Source: an uncultured delta proteobacterium (GTDB taxonomy: Bacteria > Desulfobacterota > RBG-13-43-22). From it: a stretch of 64,000 nt of DNA. Shown one piece after another: positions 30,165-39,948 of this stretch. The stretch covers positions 1 through 64,000 of the forward strand of contig CAWJJC010000020.1 in the NCBI GenBank assembly GCA_963843145.1, read 5' to 3'. The first letter of the stretch is position 1. Every line of letters begins with the position of its first letter. The position numbers and the translations under genes were made by a program. A model generated the notes under the pieces. The model was given only the letters and a program-made list of their open reading frames with translations. It was not told the origin of the DNA and did no database searches.

Positions 30165-30803
30165 ATGCATCTGTCATACGTTCTCCTGCTCAGTATTGCC
30201 GCGGGCCTCGATTCCCTCTTTGCCGGCGTGGCCTATGGGCTCAAGAGTATCCAAATGCCCTTGCGCTCTTTGGCTGTCGTGGGGCTGATTACTGCTTTGG
30301 GAACCACCCTGTCCATGGTTGGTGCGCATCTATTAGGGAAGTTTATTGACAGCCGGTTCACCCTGGCGGCCGGCGCCTCCCTGCTGGTAGCTATCGGTCT
30401 GTTTAATCTGCTGAAGGTGTATCTCACCCACGGGGCTGCGCCCAGGGAAACCAACCGCACCGACAGGGCGCGCCGACTCATTTTCTCAATTGGCGGCCTG
30501 GTGATCAGCATCATGGCCAAACCGGAAACCGCTGACCTCGACGACTCGCAATCCATCAGCCTGGGTGAAGCGGTCCTTTTAAGTCTCGCGCTGGGTGTAG
30601 ACAACATGGTGGTTACGTTCGCCGCTCATCTGGCCAGCAGCCTGCCCCTGTACACGCCGCTCCTCATGGGTGGCATCCAGATGTCCTTCGTCAAACTCGG
30701 GGACTATGGAGCTCAGCACCTCCTATCCAGCCGTCTCAAGAATAGCCTCCCTTACCTGGCCGGCTGGATTTTCATTGCCTTGGGTTTGTCGCGATTGGTC
30801 TAG
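30165..30803 (+). CDS. YtaF/MntP-family membrane protein
   Basis: GLDSLFAGVAYG and ALGVDN repeats; multi-TM. Confidence 0.75.
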   Translation: MHLSYVLLLSIAAGLDSLFAGVAYGLKSIQMPLRSLAVVGLITALGTTLSMVGAHLLGKFIDSRFTLAAGASLLVAIGLFNLLKVYLTHGAAPRETNRTDRARRLIFSIGGLVISIMAKPETADLDDSQSISLGEAVLLSLALGVDNMVVTFAAHLASSLPLYTPLLMGGIQMSFVKLGDYGAQHLLSSRLKNSLPYLAGWIFIALGLSRLV

Positions 30804-30848
30804 GCTCAGTTTTTTAATCGAATATTTTTTAGAAAGGGGACGAGTTGT

Positions 30849-32049
30849 TCAGCCTCGCAGCATCTGGGCCTTGTCGGTCAGTTCCCAGGGTAGCCCGATG
30901 TCCATGCGGCCCACATGGCCGTAGGCCGCCAGCTTGCGGTAAAAGCCACCTTTGACCACGGACGGCTGGTAGCGGAGGTTGAATTGTTTGATGATCCCGG
31001 CCAGACGGAAATCAAAATGGTTCTTGATCAGGCCGGAAATTTCTTTGTCCGGAATGGTGCCGGTGCCGAAGGTTTCCACCTCGATGCTGGCCGGCCGGGG
31101 CAGACCGATGGTGTAGGTGAGCTGCACTTCACACTCCCGGGCCAGTCCGGCGGCCACCACGTTTTTGGCCGCGTAGCGGGCCGCGTAGGCCCCGATACGG
31201 TCGATCCGCAAGGGGTCCTTGCCGCTCAGAGCCGCGCCGCTATGCCGGGCATATTCTCCGTAGGTGTCGATGGCCGTCTTCCGGCCGGTCAAGCCCGGAA
31301 TGGACGGCCGGTCCGCCGATCAGGAAAGGCCCGTCGGGATTGATGAAAATGCGGGTTCGGTCGTCCGGCTGGATCTCTTCGTCATGAAAAATCTGGTCCA
31401 CCACCGCTTCCCGGATATCGTCGGTCAGCTTCCTTAAATCGGGCCCTCCGGCCTGGGGGGACATTTTTTGGCTGGCGATCACGGTCACACTGTGAATGCG
31501 GGAGGGGTGCCCGCCGCGATATTCCACACCCACCTGGGTCTTGCCGTCCGGAGACAGGTAAGGCAGCACTTTCTGCAGACGGGCCGATGTCAGTTTCCTG
31601 GCCAGTTTATGGGCCAGCCAGAGGGGCAGAGGGATCAGGGCCGCGGTCTGATTACAGGCGAAACCAAAAATGTTCACCTGGTTCTTGATCAGGATGCGGT
31701 CCATCTCCTCTTCCGAAATAGTGGCCTCATTAAAGAAGGTCTGGTCTTTGGGCGGCAGCTCCTTCAGGCTGGTGATGATGCTGCAGGTCTTGGCGTTGAA
31801 GGCCTGGTGCTCATAACCGATCAGGTTCAAGACCTTCCGGGCCACCCCGGGGAAATCCACCGTGGCGCTGGACTCGAACCGGGCGGCGATAAACAGGATG
31901 GCCGTGGCCACGGCGCATTCGGCGATCACCCGGGAAAAAGGATCCTGCTGCAGAAAATGGTCCACAATGGCATCGCTGATCTGGTCGCAGAGTTTGTCGG
32001 GATGCCCTTCGGTGACCGACTCGGACATAAAGACAAAATCCTCTTTCAT
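30849..32049 (-). CDS. metK: Divergent methionine adenosyltransferase paralog (frameshift near 31290)
   Basis: [32 protein letters not shown] present; GAGDQG replaced by IKNQVN. Confidence 0.85.
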
Positions 32050-35000
32050 GGGGTCTCCTTACTCATTTTGATGGTTTCGTTGATCAGCAGGGGGGCCACG
32101 GCCGTCCCGCCGATGACCAGCCCATCGACGAGCCCGACCGGCGAAAGCTGCATAAGAGACCGCAACCCGGGCACGAACAGGGTCGAGACCTGCAACAGCA
32201 CGGAAGCGGCCAGGGCCTGGGTCAACAAGCGGTTGGGCGGCAGCTTTTCCTTGGAAAAGATACTGATATGGTCGGACCGGCAACTGAAGGCATGGAGCAA
32301 CTGGCCGATGCTCAGGCTCATGAACGCCAGGGTATTGGCCTGGGGACCTCGGCCGTAGCGGACCAAGCCGTACCCGTAGGCCGACAGGGCCCCGGCGGAC
32401 AGCACCCCGGATTCGATCATGATTTTTTTAAAATCCTGCCGGCGGATGATCGGCTCTTTCGGGTCCCGGGGCGGTTTGGTGAGCACGTCCGGCTCCGGCA
32501 GTTCCATGGCCAAGGCCAGACCGGGGAAGATGTCCGAGATCAGGTTGATCCAGAGGAGCTGCATGGCATTCAGCGGCTCGCCCAGGCCGACCGCCAGAGA
32601 GCTGAAGACCACGATGATTTCGCTCATGTTGGTAGCCAACAGGAAATGAATGGCCTTGCGGATATTGTTGTAGATGGTCCGGCCCTGCTTGACGGCGATG
32701 ATCATGGTTTCCAGGCGGTCGTCTTCCAGCACCACATCGGCCACCTCCCGAGCCACGTCGGTCCCGGACCTTCCCATGGCTACCCCGATGTCGGCCACTT
32801 TCAGGGCCGGTCCGTCATTGATCCCGTCCCCGGTCATGGCCACCACCCGACCGGCCCGTTGCAGGGCCTGGACGATCTGCAGCTTGTGGGCCGGACTGAC
32901 CCGGGCAAAGACCTGGACCTTCTCGGCCAGGGCCTCCAGCAAGTCCGGCTGCAGACTGTCCAGGTTGCTGGAATCCAGGATCTCCAGGTCCTCCTCGCGG
33001 TTCAGCTTCAAAGATCGGCCTATGGCGTAGGCGGTGGCCGACTGGTCGCCGGTGATCATGACCGTATCAATACCCGCCGTGTGGAACTGGCCGATCAACT
33101 CCTTCACCCCTTCCCGGACCGGATCGCCCATGCCCACCAGGCCGAGCCAGGTGAGGCTCCCGACCGCATCGGGGTCCTCCAGAAAATTCGCTCCGTCCGA
33201 CAGTAGCGCGTAACCCACCGCCAAGACCCGCAGGCCCTTGCCGGCCAGGCGCTCATTCTCCATTTCCAGTTCCAGGCGGTCCTCTTCCGTGAGGGGCATT
33301 CGTTCCCCGTCACGCATCCAGAAATCGCAGAGGGCCACGACCTCCTGGGGGTTCCCCTTAACCGCCGCCACCCGTTGCCCTTCCTCGGCGGTCCGGTGCA
33401 GGGTGATCATGTAGTTTCGGGTTTCCGTACGCAGGGCCGTTTTTTCAACCGGGAACTGTTCCCGGAGACTCTGAATATTGACGCCGGCGGTCAAGGCCAA
33501 TTGAATGAAGGCGTTCTCCGTTGAAGATCCGCTGACCAGCACATTACCGTCCTGGAAGACCGCGAGCCCCTTGCCCTGGACTTCACGAGTTTTTTGCTGG
33601 TACACGTCGGCGTCGGGGATGAGGGAGCTGACTTCGCTTTCATTGCAGAGGACCGAAATATGGATGAGCTGAAGCAACTCCGGCCAGAGGTACGGATTGA
33701 CGACTTCTTCCCCCTGCTTGAACTGATCTTTTTCCAGGTGGATGCGTCGCATCCCCACATTGAGCATGACCACGGACATCCGGTTCAGCGTCAGGGTCCC
33801 GGTCTTGTCCATGCAGATGGTCTGGACCGACCCCAGGGTTTCCACGGCTTCCAGGTGACGGATGAGGACATTGTATTTGCGCATGCGCCGCAGGCCCAGG
33901 CCCAGCGTGGTGGTGGCCACGGTGGGCAATCCTTCCGGGACGGCCGCCACGGCCAGGGAAATGGAGCTCTTCAGCATCTGGAGAAATCCGTAGCCCCGCA
34001 GCAGGCCGATGACAAATACCAGCCCGCAGACCGCCCCGGAAATCAAGACCAGTTGGCTGCCCATGGTATCGAGCTGCCGTTCCATGGGGGTTTCCGGGGT
34101 CTGGGATTCTCCCATCAGGGTCTGGATCCGGCCGATTTCGGTAAACCGGCCCGTGCCCACCACCAGGGCCAATCCCTGCCCTCCGGTCACCAGGGTGCCC
34201 ATATAGGTCATGTTGGTCCGATCCGCCAGCGCCACCTCCATCTGCAGCGAGGCCCCGTCGGACGCCTGCCCAAAGACCACCAGGGTCTCCGTGGTTTTGG
34301 AGACCGGCAGGCTCTCCCCGGTCAATGCGGATTCATCGATGGTCAGGTTATGGGCTTCGATCAGCCGGGCATCGGCGGTTACATAGGTACCCGGACGCAG
34401 CACCAGGATATCCCCCGGAACCACCTCTTCGGCCCTGATTTCTTCGGCCGTCCCGTCCCGGACCACAAGGGCATGGGGCCGGACCAGGGTCTTCAGGGAG
34501 TGAATGGTCTTCTCGGACTGGCTTTCGGTGACATAGCCGATGACGGCATTGATCAACACCACCGAGGCAATGACCACGGCATCGGCGATCCCGGCGGTGG
34601 CCACGGATATCCCGGCCGCCACCCCGAGCAGGGCCACCGGAAGGGATTTGAACTGGTCAATGAAGATGCTGAAGCCCGAGCGAGGTACCGACTCGGGAAG
34701 GACATTGGGGCCGAATTTTTTCAGGCGGGAAAGGGACTCCGACTGGGGCAACCCCAGAGCGGAATGGGAGCCGAGCTGTTCCAGCAGATCATGGGCCGCC
34801 AGGAGATGCCAGGGTTGGGCCGTCTGCTCTTCGGAATGGACGACCAGATTCCGGATCTTCCGACGGCTGGAGGCGGTTTTTTGACCGATAACAGGGGCCA
34901 GGGGATGGCGGGATTTCGCCTCGGCCGGTTCCGTCCGGCGGTTTCCAGACTGTCTTTCCGGAAAAAAAAGGGGATAAAGGCCGGCCTTTCTTTCCCGGCC

Positions 35001-35252
35001 TTCCTTTATCCCGTTGTTTTGCTGAAAATTAAGGACCAGTGTTTGAAGCAGCGCCCCCAGCTCCTCCGGGGTCCGATGACCGTTGAATCGGATGAGTACA
35101 TGGCCGGTCAGAATATTGGCGGAAAAAGAATAGACTTCCCCCTCCTGGTTCAATTGATCCGCCAGATACTGCTTGAGTCCTTCCGAGCGGTAGAGGCCCT
35201 GGACCCGATACCGGACCCGGCCCCGGACCTCCGTATGGATGACTTCGACCAC
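32046..35252 (-). CDS. HMA2-fused P2A (Ca2+/Mn2+-type) P-type ATPase
   Basis: N-terminal IHTEVRGRVRY; TGES, AVPEGLP, DKTGT, TGDGIND, ATNMSE, WINLISD. Confidence 0.92.
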   Translation of the reverse strand: MVEVIHTEVRGRVRYRVQGLYRSEGLKQYLADQLNQEGEVYSFSANILTGHVLIRFNGHRTPEELGALLQTLVLNFQQNNGIKEGRERKAGLYPLFFPERQSGNRRTEPAEAKSRHPLAPVIGQKTASSRRKIRNLVVHSEEQTAQPWHLLAAHDLLEQLGSHSALGLPQSESLSRLKKFGPNVLPESVPRSGFSIFIDQFKSLPVALLGVAAGISVATAGIADAVVIASVVLINAVIGYVTESQSEKTIHSLKTLVRPHALVVRDGTAEEIRAEEVVPGDILVLRPGTYVTADARLIEAHNLTIDESALTGESLPVSKTTETLVVFGQASDGASLQMEVALADRTNMTYMGTLVTGGQGLALVVGTGRFTEIGRIQTLMGESQTPETPMERQLDTMGSQLVLISGAVCGLVFVIGLLRGYGFLQMLKSSISLAVAAVPEGLPTVATTTLGLGLRRMRKYNVLIRHLEAVETLGSVQTICMDKTGTLTLNRMSVVMLNVGMRRIHLEKDQFKQGEEVVNPYLWPELLQLIHISVLCNESEVSSLIPDADVYQQKTREVQGKGLAVFQDGNVLVSGSSTENAFIQLALTAGVNIQSLREQFPVEKTALRTETRNYMITLHRTAEEGQRVAAVKGNPQEVVALCDFWMRDGERMPLTEEDRLELEMENERLAGKGLRVLAVGYALLSDGANFLEDPDAVGSLTWLGLVGMGDPVREGVKELIGQFHTAGIDTVMITGDQSATAYAIGRSLKLNREEDLEILDSSNLDSLQPDLLEALAEKVQVFARVSPAHKLQIVQALQRAGRVVAMTGDGINDGPALKVADIGVAMGRSGTDVAREVADVVLEDDRLETMIIAVKQGRTIYNNIRKAIHFLLATNMSEIIVVFSSLAVGLGEPLNAMQLLWINLISDIFPGLALAMELPEPDVLTKPPRDPKEPIIRRQDFKKIMIESGVLSAGALSAYGYGLVRYGRGPQANTLAFMSLSIGQLLHAFSCRSDHISIFSKEKLPPNRLLTQALAASVLLQVSTLFVPGLRSLMQLSPVGLVDGLVIGGTAVAPLLINETIKMSKETP

Positions 35253-35262
35253 GTGCGGCTAT

Positions 35263-35943
35263 TTAGTTTTTTTTGGCCCGCCCGTGCGGACTGACCTCCG
35301 TAGCGGAAGAGGCCTCGGTCTCCCTGGAGGCGGAGGCCGCCCCGCTCCCCTTGGGCAGGAGGGAAGAGGCCACTTCCTTGACCCCTTCCACCACGCCGAC
35401 CAGCATGTCCTTCACAGACCGGACCGCGGTATTCCCAATGGTGCCGGCGGCCTCGATAGCGCCGCCCACGGCCACCTTGGCCACTTCCTCGACGTTGCCC
35501 CCCACTTCCTTGGTGGCCTCGATCACGCCGTCCACGGCCCGCCGGGCTACCAGGCCTACGTCGGCTCCGATCTCCGCGGCGCCTTTCACGGCCCCCTTGA
35601 CCGTCTGGCTGGCTACCGAAACCAAGTCACCGCCCACGTCGCTGATGCCCATGATCACGCCCTTGGCCACGCTCTTGGTGCTGAGGATCAGGCCCGTGCC
35701 GACTTCCTCCGAAGCCTGGATGGTCCCCTTGACCACATCCTTGGCGACGCTCAGGCTTTCGGTGACCACCGCGCCGCCGGCTCGTAGAGTCGTGGAGACC
35801 GTGTTGCGTACCAGGCTGACGATCTCGGATTCGATTTCATTGATGCCCTTCAGGCTGCTGACCACGCCTTCCTTGACGGAAGTGCCGGCCTTCCCGATGG
35901 TTTCATCCACTTTGGCGCCTGTCTTCTCCTGTTTTTCAGTCAT
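35263..35943 (-). CDS. Ala/Val/Gly-rich protein with 22-aa amphipathic repeats
   Basis: VVKGTIQASEEVGTGLILSTKS / VAKGVIMGISDVGGDLVSVASQ / TVKGAVKGAAEIGADVGLVARR / AVDGVIEATKEVGGNVEEVAKV / AVGGAIEAAGTIGNTAVRSVKD; RBS GGGAG. Confidence 0.8.
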   Translation of the reverse strand: MTEKQEKTGAKVDETIGKAGTSVKEGVVSSLKGINEIESEIVSLVRNTVSTTLRAGGAVVTESLSVAKDVVKGTIQASEEVGTGLILSTKSVAKGVIMGISDVGGDLVSVASQTVKGAVKGAAEIGADVGLVARRAVDGVIEATKEVGGNVEEVAKVAVGGAIEAAGTIGNTAVRSVKDMLVGVVEGVKEVASSLLPKGSGAASASRETEASSATEVSPHGRAKKN

Positions 35944-36022
35944 TACTTTTCTCCCTAAGAAAATAGTGTTGTTTTTTGTTTTAGATAATAAATTGTACTC
36001 GACTAAACTTTATGACTTCACA

Positions 36023-36550
36023 TTAAACCACCATCCCGTTGTCATTTGATTTCTCCGCCGGGGTTCCATTCTCCTTAGGTTTCGATTTCAAAAAAATGTT
36101 TAAGGCGTACCAGAAGGCCGTGTACCAGGCCGGGGCCATGAAGTTGCCGCGGCTGATTTGGTAAATGCCCATGATCAGCAGGGCCCCGAAAGACAGGGTC
36201 CCCACATCCATTTCCCCGCCGGTAAATTTTTTGATCTTATTTTCTACCTGGTTATATGTTTCAGTTACCTGTAGGTAAATATTGGAAGAAGGCGAACCAA
36301 TTTGTTTGGCCTGTCCGTGGAAATAGGTTCGGGCCAGATCTTTCATCATTGCCGGGTCCAGGGAATGCTTGATCAGGATGCTGCCGGTGACGGGATTGGC
36401 CGCCACCTCATGGATATTGGGATACTTCCCCGCCCGGTCCTTCAGGGACTGGAAAAAAGCAACGTCCCCTTTTCTCGATGGGACTCTGATCCGAAACCGC
36501 CCGGAGGTGGTGTGGCTGATATAGGCATCAGAAGGCAAATTGTTGAACAT
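36023..36550 (-). CDS. HMA2-domain membrane protein (FezC-like architecture)
   Basis: HTTSGRFRIRVP, ANPVTGSILI, C-terminal hydrophobic PAWYTAFWYA. Confidence 0.8.
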   Translation of the reverse strand: MFNNLPSDAYISHTTSGRFRIRVPSRKGDVAFFQSLKDRAGKYPNIHEVAANPVTGSILIKHSLDPAMMKDLARTYFHGQAKQIGSPSSNIYLQVTETYNQVENKIKKFTGGEMDVGTLSFGALLIMGIYQISRGNFMAPAWYTAFWYALNIFLKSKPKENGTPAEKSNDNGMVV

Positions 36551-36590
36551 GACAGTTCCCTCCGTCAAAGGCCGGACTAAATTTTTACCT

Positions 36591-36887
36591 TTAATCTTTT
36601 GCTTCAATGGTACCGTCCAGCCCTGTTGCCGCCATGGCTCCGGACCCGGCTTCTTCCAATTCGGCCCTGGTCTCGGCTACCAGGTCCTCCACCACCTCCT
36701 GGGCTTCGGCCGCCACTTCCCGACCTTTCTGGTAAAGCAGAAAACCGCCCTTGATGGCAGCTTTGGCCATAGGCTTGACAACACTGGCCAAAACAGGTAT
36801 GACCACAGGTGCCAGAATGGAAGAACCGATACCAATGGCCAAGCCTGTGACGATATTGCCTTTCAGACCGTTATCAAATAGACCCAT
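36591..36887 (-). CDS. DUF5132-like small membrane protein
   Basis: GLAIGIG (GxxxG) TM, KPMAKAAIKGG, EDLVAETRAE; RBS AGGAG. Confidence 0.8.
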   Translation of the reverse strand: MGLFDNGLKGNIVTGLAIGIGSSILAPVVIPVLASVVKPMAKAAIKGGFLLYQKGREVAAEAQEVVEDLVAETRAELEEAGSGAMAATGLDGTIEAKD

Positions 36888-36995
36888 ATCATCCGCTCCT
36901 TTCTCTTTGAAATAAAAATAATAGCTTTTTTCTATCTACTACAATAACAATTAAATCATTATTTGACTACGCATTTTCAATTTCAGGGAAATTTC

Positions 36996-37703
36996 ATGAA
37001 ACCGATCCCTTTAACAAAACGAATAATCTTTGCCCTGGATGTTGAAACCCCGGAGGAGGCCCGGGCCTGGGTGGAAAAACTGGAAGACTGGGTGAAGTTT
37101 TTTAAAGTCGGGCTCCAGCTTTTTCTGGCCGGCGGGTTCGACATCGTCGACTGGATTTTGCGACGCGGTTCGGAGGTGATGCTGGATCTCAAATTCTTCG
37201 ACGTGCCCCAGACTGTAGCCTCCGCTGTCAAGCAACTGGCCGGCCGGGGGGTATCCTTTACCACCGTCCATGGCAATGACGCCATCCTCCGGGCCGCGGC
37301 CGAAGCCAAACAGGGGGTGAAAATCCTGGCGGTTACTGTTTTGACCAGCCTGGACCAGGGGGACCTGAACGACCTTGGTTTTCAATGCTCCCCTGAAGAT
37401 CTGGTCCTATCCCGGGCCCGACGGGCCCTGCAGGTCGGCTGCGACGGGGTGGTCTCCTCAGGCCTGGAAGCGCCGAGGTTGCGAAAGGAACTAGGGGGAA
37501 ATTTCCTGGTGGTGGTGCCGGGGGTCCGGCCTGTAGAAAACCGAGTCGATGACCAAAAACGGATTGTCACTGTCCGGGACGCCTTTTTGAACGGCGCCGA
37601 CTACGTGGTCATCGGTCGCCCCCTGAAACAAGCCGCCGATCCCCTGGCTCTGGCCGCGGAGATGCAGCAGCAGATTCAGGAAGTGTTGGAGCAGAACGAT
37701 TAG
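36996..37703 (+). CDS. pyrF: Orotidine-5'-phosphate decarboxylase
   Basis: FALD, KVG, DLKFFDVPQTV, VLTS, VPGVRP, DDQKR. Confidence 0.95.
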   Translation: MKPIPLTKRIIFALDVETPEEARAWVEKLEDWVKFFKVGLQLFLAGGFDIVDWILRRGSEVMLDLKFFDVPQTVASAVKQLAGRGVSFTTVHGNDAILRAAAEAKQGVKILAVTVLTSLDQGDLNDLGFQCSPEDLVLSRARRALQVGCDGVVSSGLEAPRLRKELGGNFLVVVPGVRPVENRVDDQKRIVTVRDAFLNGADYVVIGRPLKQAADPLALAAEMQQQIQEVLEQND

Positions 37704-37937
37704 GGTCAGTTCCAGGTTTTTGAGCCCTTGACCAGTGGCTCTTGGCCAGTCATCCGGCCTGGCTCCAGATCGTTACCGATACCGTTGCGGGTAGCCCTGC
37801 GCCAACATTCAATGCAACCTCTTCGCTAAGCGGTGAACCAGATCCCGAACCCGTCACCATACTTAGGATCTGGCCGCCTTTAATATTAAAAATATAGTGG
37901 GGGTACGAATAACGTAAAGGAAAATTCTTATCGAAAA

Positions 37938-39791
37938 TCAACGAATAAATCGGTGGGCGTCTTTTCGCAGTTCGTGGCTCTCCAACACATGAAAAAAACG
38001 GATCGATTTAAGCAACGCCGGTGAAAACTGGCCGATCGGCAGAAAAACAATCTTTTTCCCTTGACGCTCGGCAAAGGTTCGGCAGAAGGATCGGGGTGGT
38101 TGGGCGGCAATATAGGCCACCAGGCGTTCCTCGCTGTAATCGATCCCGGCCAACAGCAGCCTTTCCGGCTTTGAGCGGGCCGCGTTGAAAAACCGATCTT
38201 TCCAAACTTCGAACATCCGCAAGGGGGGATAGCTTAAGACAAAGCCCCCGTACTCACAGCGGGAGATCCCGGGTCCGACCACGTTTTCACCGGCCGGAGT
38301 GGCGTAAAAAGCCATATCCGACTCCTGATCGTGCTCCCCCAGCCAGGTTATCTTCCAGGGAAACCGCTCCGCCTGGTTCTTCGACGATTCATCCTCCTCG
38401 AAAATAAACACCACGGACCCTACCTGGCCCCGGACGGAACTTTCCTCCCGGACATAGATTTTATTTTCCACCAGATGGCGCAGCGTCTCCTTCACGTCCA
38501 ACCCGTCCAAAAGGGAGGTGGTAAACGGAAGCAGCCGGACCTGTTCCTGAGACAAAACCCCTCGGGCCTTCTTCTTAACGTAATCCCCCAGACCTTCCAC
38601 CCGGATGTCTTCGGGGGGATAGGAGCAGATGGCCTCTCCCCGCCAGCGTTTTTTGAACTCCTCCTGTTCGGCCGGGGATGCCCTTTTTTTCGCGGGCACC
38701 GGCACCAGGCGACGGCGAAAAGTCCGGAAGCGCCGATAGAATTGGATCTTTTTCTGATTGATCCGAAGATCCTGGGCGGTCACCTCAATTTCCGGCAATC
38801 GGGACGGGCTTTCCTGGTAAGGGTAAGAGGACCCCCTCTCCCAGACTTCGTAGGAAAAGTCATCGTTGACCGCCCCGCGGGCCGCCACCAGAAGCTGGTA
38901 AAAATCCGGGGTCAAGGTCCCCTGGATAAAGGCATAGTTGCGGGCGAATTTTTTTAAGACGATCAAGGCCGGCTCCCTAATCTTTTCCCGGCTGTTCTTG
39001 TAATGCTGCCTTTGCGCCTCCCCCAGCAGTTCGTCGCGGAGGCGCAGGCGATCCAGATTCCAGAAATCTTCGGGATTGCCGGTCTCCCGGGCCTTGGTTC
39101 GTTTTTCTTCGTATTTTCCTTGTAAAAAGGGCAGCTCTGAAAGGATCTCCCGGCTGGAATCCTCCTTCAGGTTCCCCAACACGACCCCGGAGCGCGTCTC
39201 CCGCCCCAGGGGTTTGGCGGGTTCCAAATCGAGTTGCCTGCGGATTCCCGAGAAATGCCCCAGCCCGCAGACAAGAAGAACCCGTTGGTATTGGCGGCCT
39301 AAGGCCAGGACCTGAGAGGCCATGGTCCGTTCCCGCAGAAGGTCATCGGGAGTCGGGGTCTCACTCCCCCGTTCCTCCCAGTAAACCCGGCAATAGGCTT
39401 CGTAACCGATTTGGGTCAGCGCATAGGAGTCCGGCATGGGGTCCCGAAATAGGGGATAGCCCTCGATATCCCGATCTACAAAAAAAACCGGGAGGGCCTG
39501 CTCTTGTGCCAAGCGAACCGCCTCGATAATCCCATCCACGGGTTCTATAGGCAGATATACCGTTCTTCCGGACTTTTCCGGGTAAACCAGGACCGAGAGG
39601 TAGGGCAGACGACGGACGCCGGCTACTATTTTTTCCTGCAGGGTAGGGGGCAATTCCACTGCCACGGCCGAAGGCCGGAGATCGGTAAAACGCCGGTGAA
39701 CCTCCAGGGCAAATTCCAGCCGGTTGTGCAGGATGGGAACCAGGTGGATGTTCTTAAAGGTGAAAAGGTGGTTTTCGTTAGATGGGGTCAT
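37938..39791 (-). CDS. Conserved hypothetical protein downstream of the AAA+ gene
   Basis: Long intact ORF; AVELP, RERTMA, VCGLGH (TraB/Tiki-like start), ICSYPPED, GEHDQESDMAFY. Confidence 0.75.
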   Translation of the reverse strand: MTPSNENHLFTFKNIHLVPILHNRLEFALEVHRRFTDLRPSAVAVELPPTLQEKIVAGVRRLPYLSVLVYPEKSGRTVYLPIEPVDGIIEAVRLAQEQALPVFFVDRDIEGYPLFRDPMPDSYALTQIGYEAYCRVYWEERGSETPTPDDLLRERTMASQVLALGRQYQRVLLVCGLGHFSGIRRQLDLEPAKPLGRETRSGVVLGNLKEDSSREILSELPFLQGKYEEKRTKARETGNPEDFWNLDRLRLRDELLGEAQRQHYKNSREKIREPALIVLKKFARNYAFIQGTLTPDFYQLLVAARGAVNDDFSYEVWERGSSYPYQESPSRLPEIEVTAQDLRINQKKIQFYRRFRTFRRRLVPVPAKKRASPAEQEEFKKRWRGEAICSYPPEDIRVEGLGDYVKKKARGVLSQEQVRLLPFTTSLLDGLDVKETLRHLVENKIYVREESSVRGQVGSVVFIFEEDESSKNQAERFPWKITWLGEHDQESDMAFYATPAGENVVGPGISRCEYGGFVLSYPPLRMFEVWKDRFFNAARSKPERLLLAGIDYSEERLVAYIAAQPPRSFCRTFAERQGKKIVFLPIGQFSPALLKSIRFFHVLESHELRKDAHRFIR

Positions 39792-39805
39792 CCCTTTTCT
39801 GAGCT

Positions 39806-39943
39806 CAAATTCGAAATTCGAAGCACGAAATCCGAAACAAGCACGAAGGTCCAAAATCCCAATGATCAAAACCAAAACGTTTCGAATTTTGAAATTTGGT
39901 CATTTGAATTTGTTTCGGATTTCGTGCTTCGAATTTCGAATTT
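39806..39943. repeat. Palindromic element built of 7-mer units (CGAAATT/CGAAGCA/CGAAATC)
   Basis: Second copy 58739-58871; half copy about 52208-52264. Confidence 0.75.
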
Positions 39944-39948
39944 AAAGG

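Noticed and set aside
33594-35294. 566-aa + strand ORF, and similar long antisense ORFs (41440-42789, 58929-60083, 35273-36049)
   Set aside because: Shadow frames opposite well-supported genes in GC-rich DNA; no recognisable motifs
32046-36887. Canonical ferrosome or magnetosome cluster
   Set aside because: The ATPase is P2A-type rather than P1B-6 and no mam genes are present; kept only as ferrosome-like
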